From a bacterium (GTDB lineage: Bacteria > UBP14 > UBA6098 > JAFGQG01), in NCBI GenBank assembly GCA_016930435.1, contig JAFGGQ010000148.1:1-61595 (forward strand): DNA of 61,595 nucleotides, read 5' to 3'. How positions within the stretch are numbered: position 1 is the stretch's first letter; each line of letters opens with the position of its first letter. The translations under genes and the position numbers were made by a program. The notes beneath the pieces are model-generated. The model was not told the origin of the DNA. It did no database searches and saw only the letters and a list, made by a program, of their open reading frames with translations. This document shows positions 35,864 through 46,400 of this stretch, piece by piece.

Positions 35864-36045
35864 AGGGTAAACGCATATTGACTAAAAAGTGGATTCACCT
35901 CGTTCTAAAACAAAAGAGGAGAGTGTTCCCCCCCAGGCTGGAGATTTAAGTAATGCAGCATTTATACTAAATGCCCGAAAAAAAATGTTGCTATTTTTTT
36001 GGAAAGCTATAAACTATAGTTGAGAGTTGCATAAATAACTTATAT

Positions 36046-36579
36046 ATGGATACGGTCATGAATAATTTTAAGAAAAAATTGGGTTTTACCCTGATTGAGT
36101 TGATGATCGTTATCGTTATTATCGGGGTTTTAGCGGCCATAAGTTTTACCAAATATAAGAGCCTGACCACTAAAGCCAAAATACGGGGACCCGCTACATT
36201 GCTAAAACACTTCTGGGAGCTTCAGATGACCTACTATTATGAGCATGGTAAAACTGCCACCAGCGATGGAGCTATCTGTTTTATGGGCCTGAAAGTGGGT
36301 GACGAGCTCGGTAGTTTGCCTATCTGGCAGCAGATCGAAGATGTTTCCCGGTTAAGGCTGCAATGGTTAGGCGTTGATGAACCCACGGAAACCTCCTACT
36401 TCTGGTTTATCTTCCGGCCCGATGGTGTGATCCATGCTTATTCCAAGTATAATCTGTCATCCTTCTATAATTTCAGCGATAAAGAATGCGATAAAAATCT
36501 GCGGGATATCGGAATGAGTATTGATCTTGACGGGCAAATCTACCTCTGGGGAGTCCGAGGGGAAGAAAAATGGCCCTAA
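36046..36579 (+). CDS. Type IV pilin-like protein (prepilin N-terminal cleavage/methylation motif)
   Basis: KKKLG-FTLIELMIVIVIIGVLAAI class III signal peptide with Glu at +5. Confidence 0.88.
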   Translation: MDTVMNNFKKKLGFTLIELMIVIVIIGVLAAISFTKYKSLTTKAKIRGPATLLKHFWELQMTYYYEHGKTATSDGAICFMGLKVGDELGSLPIWQQIEDVSRLRLQWLGVDEPTETSYFWFIFRPDGVIHAYSKYNLSSFYNFSDKECDKNLRDIGMSIDLDGQIYLWGVRGEEKWP

Positions 36580-36687
36580 AAAGACCATAACTCAGTTGTG
36601 ATCCCTGCCGTTACTGAAGATAATTACTCAAACAATCATAGTGAAAGAGGCTGCTTTCCCGGCTAATTTCTTAACCATCCCATAAAA

Positions 36688-37668
36688 ATGCTTAAATTTC
36701 CACTGATAGACCTGCATTGTGATGTTCTTTATGCCCTGAAGGATCCCCGGGATTTTATAAATGGTCGAAAAGAAGGACATTGCGATCTTCCCCGGATGAT
36801 AAAAGGGGAAGTTTCAGCTCAGGTATTTTCATTATTTGTTTCTCCCCGGGGAAAAAACACCGCTGAATTCCGCTCTGAAATCGACCGGCAACTGGAACTG
36901 CTTTACCATATCGTTGAAATCGGCGAAGGTAAGATAGCAATAGTAAAGGGCGTATCGGAATTGGGGGAAAATTTTGAGAATGGAATCATATCCGTGATCA
37001 TCGAGATAGAGGGCCTTCATCCCCTGGGAGACAATCTGGCAATGATCGAGGATTATTTTCACCGTGGAGTTCGTATGTTTACCCTGACCTGGAACAACAC
37101 CAATGCCTTTGCTAACGCGGGATGGGAGGTATCCAGGGGTCAAACTGACAGGGGCTTGACAGGGTTGGGCAGGGATGCGGTCAGGGAGATCGGCAGACTG
37201 GGAGGGATAATCGACCTCTCCCATGCCTCCGACAATACCTTTCAACAGGTTATGGAATTCAGCCCTTATCCCCCACTGGTCTCACATTCATGTATGAGAC
37301 ATTTCAAGTCATCCTCCCGAAATATTTCCGATACCATGCTGCATGATTTGGCCCAAAAGAGGGGGGTTTTGGGTCTTAATTTCTACCCCGGTTTTCTCTC
37401 CTCCCAAAAATGGAGCAGGATAAGTATTAAAGACATGGTGGTCCAGATGGATTATATAAAGGGAAACTCCGGGATAGGTGTGCTCGCCTTCGGTTCGGAC
37501 TTTGATGGTGTATCCAGGTTGCCCCAGGGGGTTAAGGATATCAGTTATTTTCCGGCAATCCTGAAGGCGATGGATGATTACGGTTTCAGTGAAAAGGAGA
37601 TAGCCCTGGTTGCGGGAGGTAATTTTATCCGCTTCTGGAAGGGTATTCAGGAGGGGGAAGGTTCTTGA
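36688..37668 (+). CDS. Dipeptidase, peptidase M19 (renal dipeptidase family)
   Basis: DLHCD, IEG, LTWN, IDLSH, SHS, RN, GSDFDG. The 3' end overlaps the convergent trmD by 22 nt. Confidence 0.92.
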   Translation: MLKFPLIDLHCDVLYALKDPRDFINGRKEGHCDLPRMIKGEVSAQVFSLFVSPRGKNTAEFRSEIDRQLELLYHIVEIGEGKIAIVKGVSELGENFENGIISVIIEIEGLHPLGDNLAMIEDYFHRGVRMFTLTWNNTNAFANAGWEVSRGQTDRGLTGLGRDAVREIGRLGGIIDLSHASDNTFQQVMEFSPYPPLVSHSCMRHFKSSSRNISDTMLHDLAQKRGVLGLNFYPGFLSSQKWSRISIKDMVVQMDYIKGNSGIGVLAFGSDFDGVSRLPQGVKDISYFPAILKAMDDYGFSEKEIALVAGGNFIRFWKGIQEGEGS

Positions 37669-38402
37669 TCCCCCTTGAAATCTTTTAACAGTTTTTTTTG
37701 AGTGGGGGTTAGGTCGCTATTTTGGAGGAGATCCGGCCGGTTTTTCAGGGTGGTAATCAAGGCTTGGGTTTCGCGCCATTTCTGGATTTCCTGGTGATTT
37801 CCGGAAAGCAGCACGGGGGGAACTGTCAGTCCCTGGAATTCTACTGGCCGGGAGTATGCAGGGGCACCCAGGAGATCAGGCGAGGAAGTGAAAGAGTCCG
37901 AAAGTGCGGAATCCAAATCCCCAAGCACTCCGGGAACAAAACGGGCAATGGCATTTAAAAGGATCAGTGCAGGAAGCTCGCCCCCGGTAAGGACATAATC
38001 ACCAATTGAAATTTCCTGGGCTCCAAGCAGTTTCTGAACCCTTTGGTCTATCCCTTTATATTGGCCACAGATGAAGATGAGGTTAGGTTCTTTGCTGAGA
38101 GCCATGGCTTTTTCCTGTTTGAATAGTACTCCGCGGGGTGATGGCAGAATTACCGTTGCGTTTTCCCGAACGGGCTTTGGTATGGCCTGATAAGCCCTCC
38201 ACAATGGCTCTACCTGGAGTACCATCCCCGACCCACCGCCATAGGGCAGGTCGTCCACCTTGGAATGCTTGTCCAGGCTGAAATCCCGAAAGTTCATCAG
38301 ATGAATATTCAGCAGCTTCTTCTGGATCGCCGTACCAAGAATGCTGTTCTCCAAAAAAGGATCAAAATAATGGGGAAATAAAGTAAGTATATATAGGTCC
38401 AT
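37647..38402 (-). CDS. trmD: tRNA (guanine37-N1)-methyltransferase
   Basis: LTLFP, VDD.PYGGG.GMV, SPRG, SIGDYVLTGGE, P.VLLSGNH. Confidence 0.96.
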   Translation of the reverse strand: MDLYILTLFPHYFDPFLENSILGTAIQKKLLNIHLMNFRDFSLDKHSKVDDLPYGGGSGMVLQVEPLWRAYQAIPKPVRENATVILPSPRGVLFKQEKAMALSKEPNLIFICGQYKGIDQRVQKLLGAQEISIGDYVLTGGELPALILLNAIARFVPGVLGDLDSALSDSFTSSPDLLGAPAYSRPVEFQGLTVPPVLLSGNHQEIQKWRETQALITTLKNRPDLLQNSDLTPTQKKLLKDFKGDQEPSPS

Positions 38403-38463
38403 AATGGAAAGAAAAGACCATTCAAAGGATTTTGAAAAGGGGAGCGAGGTTACCTGTAAAGAC

Positions 38464-38694
38464 TTATTCCACGATTTCCAATACGGCTCTTTTACCCTGC
38501 TTCGCGGCTACTGCACCGAGTAATGTTCTGGTAGCCCGTGCAGTCTTACCACCTTTTCCAATTACTTTTCCCAGGTCACCTTCGCCCACTCGTAATTCAA
38601 AAACAGTGGTACGGTCACCGGAGATTTCTTTTACTTCTACCGAATCAGGATTGTCCACTAAGGCTCTCGCGATGAATTCGATGAACTCTTTCAT
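38464..38694 (-). CDS. khpA: KH-domain RNA-binding protein KhpA (YlqC/UPF0109)
   Basis: [16 protein letters not shown]; lies directly after rpsP. Confidence 0.93.
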   Translation of the reverse strand: MKEFIEFIARALVDNPDSVEVKEISGDRTTVFELRVGEGDLGKVIGKGGKTARATRTLLGAVAAKQGKRAVLEIVE

Positions 38695-38775
38695 TTTACT
38701 ACCTCCTTGCGCATACTAGGCGAATCTGGTATGGAGTATCAGATTCAATAGGGAACGTCCAACTAAGTGAACCAG

Positions 38776-39024
38776 TTAGGGCGTTGCTATTCCTTTTTTG
38801 TGTAGAAGTGACTTTACGGTATCCGTGGGTATAGCTCCCCTCTCCAGCCAATACCTTATTCTATCTTCCTTAATTTCAATTGTTGCCGGTGTGGACATGG
38901 GATTGTAAAATCCCAGGATCTCTAAAAATCTACCATCTCTTGGAGACCGTGAATCAGCAGCGATAATTCGATAGGATGGCTGCTTTATCTTACCGCCTCT
39001 CCTCAACCGTATTTTTACAGCCAA
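38776..39024 (-). CDS. rpsP: 30S ribosomal protein S16
   Basis: AVKIRLRRGG, YRIIAADSRSPRDGRF, GFYNP; TTG start after AGGAGG. Confidence 0.97.
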   Translation of the reverse strand: MAVKIRLRRGGKIKQPSYRIIAADSRSPRDGRFLEILGFYNPMSTPATIEIKEDRIRYWLERGAIPTDTVKSLLHKKGIATP

Positions 39025-39116
39025 AGTAACCTCCTTAGGTTATTAATTTTCTAAAACTTCCAATATAAAGAAGTGCCCAAAATAAAGCAATAAAAATCTA
39101 CTATTTTCTAAAAAAA

Positions 39117-40430
39117 CTAAAATCCCATCATCTTTGGACCTAACTTGCTCATTTTGCTCATCATCTTTTTGGTCATCTTGAATTGTTTCAGCAGTTTATT
39201 GACATCCTGTATCTGTGTCCCGCTGCCCGAAGCGATCCGTTTCCGGCGGCTGCCATCGAGAATATCCGGATTTTTGCGTTCGGCGGGGGTCATGGAACTG
39301 ATAATGGCTTCAATCTTGGAAAACTCCCGTTCGTCGAAACTGCCCTCGTTAATATTCATCTTTCTGAATCCCGGAATCATTTCCATCAAATTCTGCAGCG
39401 GTCCCATTTTCTTCAACTGCTGTAACTGATTGTAAAAGTCCTGTAAAGAGAGCTCATCCTTTCGGATCTTCTTCTCCAATTCCCGGGCTTTTTCCTCATC
39501 ATAAAGTTGTTCGGCTTTTTCAACCAGGGAGACGATATCGCCCATCCCCAGGATGCGGGAGGCCATTCGATCCGGATAAAAGGGTTCAAGTTGGCTTAAT
39601 TTTTCACCCACTCCGGCGAAGAGAATGGGTTTCATGGTGATTGCCCGTAGGGAAAGGGCGGCTCCTCCCCGGGCATCCCCATCCAGCTTGGTCAAAGCAA
39701 AACCATCCACCCCAAGTTCTTTTTCGAACTCAGAGGCTACCGCAACAGCTTCCTGTCCGGTCATGGAATCAACCACCAGGATTATTTTTTCGGGGGTCAG
39801 CTTATTCTTCAATTGTTTCAGTTCGGCCATCATTACGGTATCGATCTGGAGTCTTCCTGCGGTATCCATAATCAGAATGTCCCAGCCTCGCCGGGGGGCC
39901 TCCCGGGCGACCCTGAGGCAGGTTTCCAGGGGCTTTTCACCCGGCTCGAAAACTACTGTGGGAATACTGATACTCTTACCCAGTATGTTTAGCTGTTCAC
40001 CAGCTGCAGGACGGTATATATCGGCGGCTACCAGAACCGGCGACCAGTTCTTGCCCTTTAAATAAAGCGCCAGTTTACCAGCCAGCGTTGTCTTTCCCGA
40101 ACCCTGCAGACCAACCAGCATGATCTTCGAAGGTTCCCTGCGCGGGATATCAAAGGAAACCGCGGATCCCCCAAGCAGCTCTACCAACTTACTATGCACA
40201 ATCTTTATCACTTTCTGGCCCGGAGTGATAGAAGATATAACCTCTTCACCTAACGCTTCGGCTTCAACCTGGCTTATGAAATCCTTTGCGACTTTGTAAT
40301 TTACATCAGCCTCCAGCAGAACCCGCCTTATCTCACGGAGGGTCTCATGGATGTTGGCAGGAGTTAGTTTGCCCCGATTGGTCAGATTACGGAATATCTG
40401 ATCCAGTTTGTTGGTCAGTTGGTCGAACAT
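39117..40430 (-). CDS. ffh: Signal recognition particle protein Ffh
   Basis: LLEADV, GLQGSGKTT, DTAGR, TKLDGDARGG, GMGD, SMT..ER M domain. Confidence 0.97.
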   Translation of the reverse strand: MFDQLTNKLDQIFRNLTNRGKLTPANIHETLREIRRVLLEADVNYKVAKDFISQVEAEALGEEVISSITPGQKVIKIVHSKLVELLGGSAVSFDIPRREPSKIMLVGLQGSGKTTLAGKLALYLKGKNWSPVLVAADIYRPAAGEQLNILGKSISIPTVVFEPGEKPLETCLRVAREAPRRGWDILIMDTAGRLQIDTVMMAELKQLKNKLTPEKIILVVDSMTGQEAVAVASEFEKELGVDGFALTKLDGDARGGAALSLRAITMKPILFAGVGEKLSQLEPFYPDRMASRILGMGDIVSLVEKAEQLYDEEKARELEKKIRKDELSLQDFYNQLQQLKKMGPLQNLMEMIPGFRKMNINEGSFDEREFSKIEAIISSMTPAERKNPDILDGSRRKRIASGSGTQIQDVNKLLKQFKMTKKMMSKMSKLGPKMMGF

Positions 40431-41108
40431 TTAGGAACCCAGCAGTGTATTGGCAATTTCATTAAAATGGTCATAGCGGTATTCCCCTTGATCCTTAAAA
40501 AAGGCATTTCCGGCAACTATAACTTGTGCCCCCGCAGCGATAGCGAGGGGGGCGGTACGGGGATTAATTCCGCCATCAATAGAGATTATGAACGGCTCTT
40601 TCGCGGCTTTATTATATTCAGCAATTTTCTTAACTTTTGTCAATGTTTCCGGGATAAATTGCTGACCCCCAAAGCCTGGATGTACGCTCATAACAAGAAT
40701 TTCAGAACATATCCCCTCCAACTGTTCAAAGCCATCAATGGGGGTCTCCGGATTGTAGCTAATCCCAACCTTAACCCGGTAATTTGCCTCAGACTGAATG
40801 GCCCCCGCCAGTTCCACGGGATCAGTAGTTACTTCCCGGTGAAAGATTATGCTATCCGCACCGGCTTTATAGAATTGCGGGGTGTAAAGAAGGGGGTCAC
40901 GAATCATCAGATGGACGTTAAGGTGCATACGGGAGGTTGCCCGGCGAACAGCCTCTACAATCAGTGGCCCAAAACTTATATTCGGAACAAAATGACCATC
41001 CATTACATCCAGATGGAGGATCATTATACCCGCTTTCTCCACGGCACTGAGTGTTTCTCCCAGGCGATTGAAGTCTGCTGAAAGTATAGATGGAGCGAGT
41101 TTAACCAT
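40431..41108 (-). CDS. rpe: Ribulose-phosphate 3-epimerase
   Basis: APSILSADF, HLDVMDGHFVPN, MSVHPGFGGQ, DGGIN; stop abuts the ffh ATG. Confidence 0.96.
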   Translation of the reverse strand: MVKLAPSILSADFNRLGETLSAVEKAGIMILHLDVMDGHFVPNISFGPLIVEAVRRATSRMHLNVHLMIRDPLLYTPQFYKAGADSIIFHREVTTDPVELAGAIQSEANYRVKVGISYNPETPIDGFEQLEGICSEILVMSVHPGFGGQQFIPETLTKVKKIAEYNKAAKEPFIISIDGGINPRTAPLAIAAGAQVIVAGNAFFKDQGEYRYDHFNEIANTLLGS

Positions 41109-41258
41109 ATTCCTTAAATATAAATCGAATCCTTGCTTTGATATTGAAACTCAAAATAAATGTAAAAAACTATTAGTCAAGTACAATAACTTATTCCGGA
41201 TAAACTCTTTTTCAATATAAAAAGCTCATATATTTGTTGGAAAGGTTGATTTTAAAAC

Positions 41259-41287
41259 TTGACTTACTGAAAAATTTTAGATATATT
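41259..41287 (+). promoter_or_regulatory. Putative sigma70 promoter for the S8 peptidase gene
   Basis: TTGACT-N17-TATATT. Confidence 0.6.
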
Positions 41288-41370
41288 TTTCCAGCGTAAT
41301 ATATTGATAATTGATGGTTAATTAATGTAGATAGGAACAAGCTAAGATATTTTACTTGAAAGGAGATGGA

Positions 41371-43281
41371 ATGTCGAAGTACTTTGTAGCGCTGTTCATC
41401 TTATTGTTATTGGCAGGTACATTATTCGCCGCATATAACCGGCCTCCGGATGCCCAACAGGTACTTCGCCGGTTTTCCACCGGCTGCATACTAATCAAAG
41501 CGGATGAATCGGTACTCTCTTCCCTTGAAGGTTTCAATCTTGAGTATCAAACTACAATGCGCCCGATCTCGTCCCGTTTGGGAATTTATATTATTAAGTT
41601 TGAAACCGTTTTCCATCCTGCTGAGGTTGAAGAAGCAAAAAATGAACTGGATTGGGAAAGGTTCAATGAACTTTATTCGATGGCTGACGAGCAGGTTAAT
41701 GCCTTTGTGGAACTTTATCAGGGCAGCGGACTGGTAGAATGGGCGGAACCAAACTATATTTTATACACCCTTTATACTCCGAATGATCCGTATTTTGTCG
41801 ATGATGGAAATTACCTGGAAACAAGTTCACCGGACCAATACGGAGCTTTTATAATGAACTGCGAAGAGGGTTGGGGATTCACTACCGGCGCTCAGGATGT
41901 GCTGATCGCCGTTCTGGATTCAGGAGTGGATATTGACCATCCGGACCTTATGGGGAATATTTGGGTGAATCCGGGTGAGGATATCGATCACGATGGTGTA
42001 GTATATGATCTGGATGATATAAATGGGGTTGATGATGACGGTAATGGTTACGTTGATGATCTGAATGGTTATGATTTTGTTGGTGGGGTTACCGGTCATG
42101 AGTCGGATATGTCCGCAGTAGAATGGCAGCATGACTGGAATCCGGATATCCATTATGATGGTGATGATGGTTGGGGTGAGCCCGACCCATCGGTAGGAGA
42201 TGGGGTATCCTCCTTCCCCATACTACTGCCTGCCGACATGGGGGTGAGCCACGGCACCCATTGTGCAGGGATCATTGCGGCAGTGATGGACAATGCGTAT
42301 CAGTTTGCGGGAATGGCGGGAAACTGCACGGTAATGCCCGTTAGAGTAGGCCATGCCGAAGGGGGATTGACCGGTGAAGGGGATTTGATCATGGGTATTG
42401 AATATGCGGTTGATAATGGTGCCGATGTGCTCAGCATCAGTCTGGGATTGATGTTTGGTGATGTTCCTGCAGCTTTGGAGGCAGCTATAGACTGGGCTTA
42501 CGAACAGGGTGTAACTATTGTATGCGCTTCCGGTAATGTTACTTTTTTCCCTATGGGAGTGAGCTATCCTGCTTCTTCCCCGTATACCCTGGCAGTGGGT
42601 TCATTTAATTCCGACCGGGAGACCTCAAGTTTCACCGAATATGGCCCCGAACTGGATGTTTTGGCTGCCGGCGGGGAAGCCGGCGGAACCGGTTACAGCG
42701 AGGTTATATGGTCCACCTGGGTTGCCAGCGTGGCAGATGAGGACGAACATGGCTGGCCGGCAGGAAGCCACCAGGTGAAAGGTGAAGTGGGAACTTCAAT
42801 GGCCTGTCCCCATGCCGCCGGATTGGCTGGTTTGATCCTTTCAAGATCACCCGGGATATCTCCGGATAGCGTCTATAACCTTATCCGTAATACTGCCCAG
42901 GACATCGGACCCACCGGGTGGGATGAACAAACAGGCTATGGAATCGTCGATTTCGGGGCAGCCTTAAGCTCAACCGGAATCAACGAACATAATAAACCGA
43001 TCAGCTCTTTCCAATTAGGGAAAGCATACCCCAATCCCGTGAATATGGTTACTTCTATACCATACCAACTGGAAACTCCTGGACGGGTTCAACTCCAGGT
43101 CTATGACTGCCTTGGAAAAAGGGTGAAGGAGCTGGTTAACCAATATCAGGCTCCTGGAAAATACTCCGTAACCTGGCAGGGGCAGGACTCTGATGGCAAC
43201 TCCCTGAACTCTGGTGTCTATCTGTATCGTCTGAAGGTCAACGAGTCCGAACAATTCGGGAAATTGATGATTATGAAATAG
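41371..43281 (+). CDS. Secreted subtilisin-family (S8) serine peptidase with propeptide and C-terminal FlgD-Ig / T9SS type-A-like sorting domain
   Basis: ATG 41371 after AGGAG; signal peptide; catalytic triad LDSG / SHGTHCAG / GTSMACP; oxyanion SGN; tail AYPNP...YDCLG..V..L...WQG.D..G....SGVYLYRL...K. Confidence 0.92.
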   Translation: MSKYFVALFILLLLAGTLFAAYNRPPDAQQVLRRFSTGCILIKADESVLSSLEGFNLEYQTTMRPISSRLGIYIIKFETVFHPAEVEEAKNELDWERFNELYSMADEQVNAFVELYQGSGLVEWAEPNYILYTLYTPNDPYFVDDGNYLETSSPDQYGAFIMNCEEGWGFTTGAQDVLIAVLDSGVDIDHPDLMGNIWVNPGEDIDHDGVVYDLDDINGVDDDGNGYVDDLNGYDFVGGVTGHESDMSAVEWQHDWNPDIHYDGDDGWGEPDPSVGDGVSSFPILLPADMGVSHGTHCAGIIAAVMDNAYQFAGMAGNCTVMPVRVGHAEGGLTGEGDLIMGIEYAVDNGADVLSISLGLMFGDVPAALEAAIDWAYEQGVTIVCASGNVTFFPMGVSYPASSPYTLAVGSFNSDRETSSFTEYGPELDVLAAGGEAGGTGYSEVIWSTWVASVADEDEHGWPAGSHQVKGEVGTSMACPHAAGLAGLILSRSPGISPDSVYNLIRNTAQDIGPTGWDEQTGYGIVDFGAALSSTGINEHNKPISSFQLGKAYPNPVNMVTSIPYQLETPGRVQLQVYDCLGKRVKELVNQYQAPGKYSVTWQGQDSDGNSLNSGVYLYRLKVNESEQFGKLMIMK

Positions 43282-43350
43282 TCCCAGTGAGAGTTCTGAT
43301 CTGATTTCAGACCATCTCTGCGACTTTTTTTTAATATTGACTTGGAATAA

Positions 43351-43378
43351 CGGGAAGTCCCGGGATCCGGGATTCCCG
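43351..43378. other. GC-rich inverted repeat between the S8 gene and the giant lipoprotein gene
   Basis: CGGGAA-G-TCCCGG-GAT-CCGGGA-TTCCCG with only a short T tract after it; role unclear. Confidence 0.5.
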
Positions 43379-43428
43379 CTTTAATAGATAGGTTGAATAA
43401 AGTTGTTTAGAATTAGGGAGTTGCAGTC

Positions 43429-46400
43429 ATGATAAATCATAAAAGGATCAATTTCCTTATAGTAGTTCTCCTTTCTGTTGCTTTACTGGCTTCGGTCTGG
43501 ATAGCCTGTCAGAAAACCGGGAATATGAGCCCTTATTCCCCCGAATTGCAATCTGTTGTGGACTCCATGTGGGCTTCTCCCCTGGAAATCAATGTAGGGA
43601 GTAGCAGTGATATTTATGCCAGGGTGGTCAATGAGAATACCGGAAACACCCAGAGTAATGTTGAAGTTAACTTTACTTGCGACAGCGGTTATGTAAGCCC
43701 TTCCAATTCGCGAACCAATGCCAACGGGATAGCCCGTGTACGCTATACCTATGCCGGCTATGATTCCGCCCGGTTTAATGCGAACATTGTAGGTGGCGTA
43801 TATGGGAGGGAGGATGCTACTACAATAGTAAAAGTATATCCCGCAGATTATCCCATTACTACCGTGGAGATCGAATCCATCTACGCAGACCCGTCCCAGA
43901 TAAATGCTGGCGAACAGAGCAAGATATACGTTAAGATCGTGGAGGAGGCTACCGGGGATCCCGTGGAAGGGATCACCATCAATTTTTCGGTAAGCAGTTT
44001 CCCGCCTTTCGGAGGTCTATCCCCGGAATATGTGAATACAGATTCCAATGGGTGGTGCCATACAACCTACAGCACCGATATCTCAGATACCGCCCGTTTT
44101 GTTGATATCAAGGCGGAAGTTGCAGGGTTGTTCAAGACGGTTCGAATCCTGGTCTATGAAACCGATTATTTGCCGGTGGAGATAGATACAATTTATGCTG
44201 TTCCTTCGGAGATTGTGGCTGGAGATAATTGCGAGGTATATGTGGTTATCGTGGATGAGGACACCCGGGAACCTTATCCCAATGCCCGGGTTTCCTTTTC
44301 GAGAGACTTCGGTACCCTGTCTCCTTCCAGCGACCTGAGCGATGCAGATGGTATTGCTCACACTACACTGAGCACCCCAAATTCTACCGTGGAAGTGATT
44401 GCCCATGTTACCGCTTTGATCAGCGGGTTGCAGCGTTCGGTATCCATTCTGGTACATGAAACCGGTTTTATCCCAGCCGGATATCTGACTCTGAGAGTGG
44501 TCAATGATTCGATGGAAGCGCTCCCTGCCGGGGATTCTATCCTGGTTGAGGCCAGACTGGAGAACATCCATCATTCGCCTTTACAGGGTGAAACAATCAA
44601 TTTCAGCTCGCCGGATATTACGATTATTACTGTTAATTCCGGGATAACGAACAGTATGGGCAAAGCCTGGGCTTATTTCCCCAATTCGGGAGATACCGTT
44701 ACCGCGCTTGCTATAGCCCGGTATGACACCCTTGCCGATACGGTTACAGTCCATTTTGTGGAACCTGCACCGCCTCCGGTTACCGATATAGTCATTACAA
44801 CAGATTCAACCCGGATGACCGCTAATGGGGTAAGTTATACACAAGTGCGAGCCATTGTATATACCGGGGAAGGATTGGCCAGGGACAGCACCCTGATTAA
44901 TTTTTATGCCTCTGCGGGAAGGCTGTTGCGCATAACCACATCCCGCGCCAAGGGTACTAACGCGCCAGGAATAGAAGCACTACGATCCCCATTTCGCAAG
45001 AATGACCAGCCTTCAAAGCCTCAATATAGCTTTACCGCTACCCTGGACGATTTCATCTCCGAATATACTGTCGGCGGGGTCGCTCAGGTTTACCTCCGCA
45101 GCACCACAACCGTCGATACCTCTATTTTGACCGCATCCAAAGACGGCGTTGTTGACAGTACCAGGGTACTGTTTGTCCCCGGCCCGCCAGATAATATCGA
45201 GTTGTTACCCGCCGAAATGCAGATGACCGCGGACGGCCGCGATACGATGACCGTAAAAGCCTTTCTCACGGATGCCTACGGGAACAGTGTGATCTCTGGC
45301 TATAATGTGGAATTCGAAATACTGGAAGGATTGGGATGTTCATTTATCCCTTCTGCATTTATCAATACCGATATTACCGGAATGGCAAAAGTCCTTCTGC
45401 GCAGCGGGAACATCTCCGGTTACGCTACTTTGAGAGCATCTTACGGGGTGATCTATGACCAGGTGGTGATATTTATTGCCAGTTCGGTACCTTATACAAT
45501 TTACCTTCAATCTTCACCCCCTTTCCTCACTGCAGACGGTGTCAGTTACAGTAATCTGCAGGCTCAGGTTCTCGATGAAAGTTCACTTCCGGTTACCGAT
45601 GGGGTACCGATAATGTTCTACTCTACCGAGGGAGTACTGATGTCTGCTTCCCGGGGACTTGCCCGGCCGCGGTCAGAGCGGGAAAAAATCCCGTTCGATC
45701 CATCATATCAGACATTGGCAGCCCTTGATTCCAGCGCTTTTATAGCTTATACAACAGGTGGGATCGCCACCCTGCGACTGATGAGTTCAACTGAATCCTG
45801 CACAGCCATGGTGGTTTCCTATGCTGAAACATCCAGGGTCATGGTTGCAGCCGATACCATTTATGTTCCTTTCCAGCCAGGTTCACCGGATGATATAACC
45901 CTCTTTGCTTCAAAGGATACGTTGACCGCTAATGAGGATGATACCTGCATCGTAACCGCACTGGTAGTTGATGGATTTGATAATCCAGTGGAAGATGATT
46001 ATCTGGTCAATTTCACGGTAACTTCCGGGAGGATAGTTTCCTCTGCTTATACCGATGAAAACGGCCGTGCCAGGGTTATACTGACCAGTTCACTGGATGT
46101 GGGTTCACAAACCATCGAAGCTACATGCGCGGGAGCAATGGCTCATCGTAACCTTTACTATCAGTATAATCTTCCTTCAGAGATCAATCTTTCGCTTTCG
46201 GCACTTCGTATCGTAGCCAATGGAACCAGCCGGGATACTATAACCGCCGAAATCTTCGATAGTGATAGAAACCATATCAGTAACGGAACCGATGTTCAAT
46301 TCAGATCGATGCTGGGCTCCCTGGAAATGGCTCGCAGCTTTGCGCGGCGAAGTAAATCCAGAACCATCATGGAACCCTTGCTGGATAATATTATTGTGGA

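Noticed and set aside
43281-43332. Intrinsic terminator after the S8 gene
   Set aside because: A T8 run follows only an imperfect, bulged stem, too weak to call by eye. If real, it would argue against S8-adhesin co-transcription.
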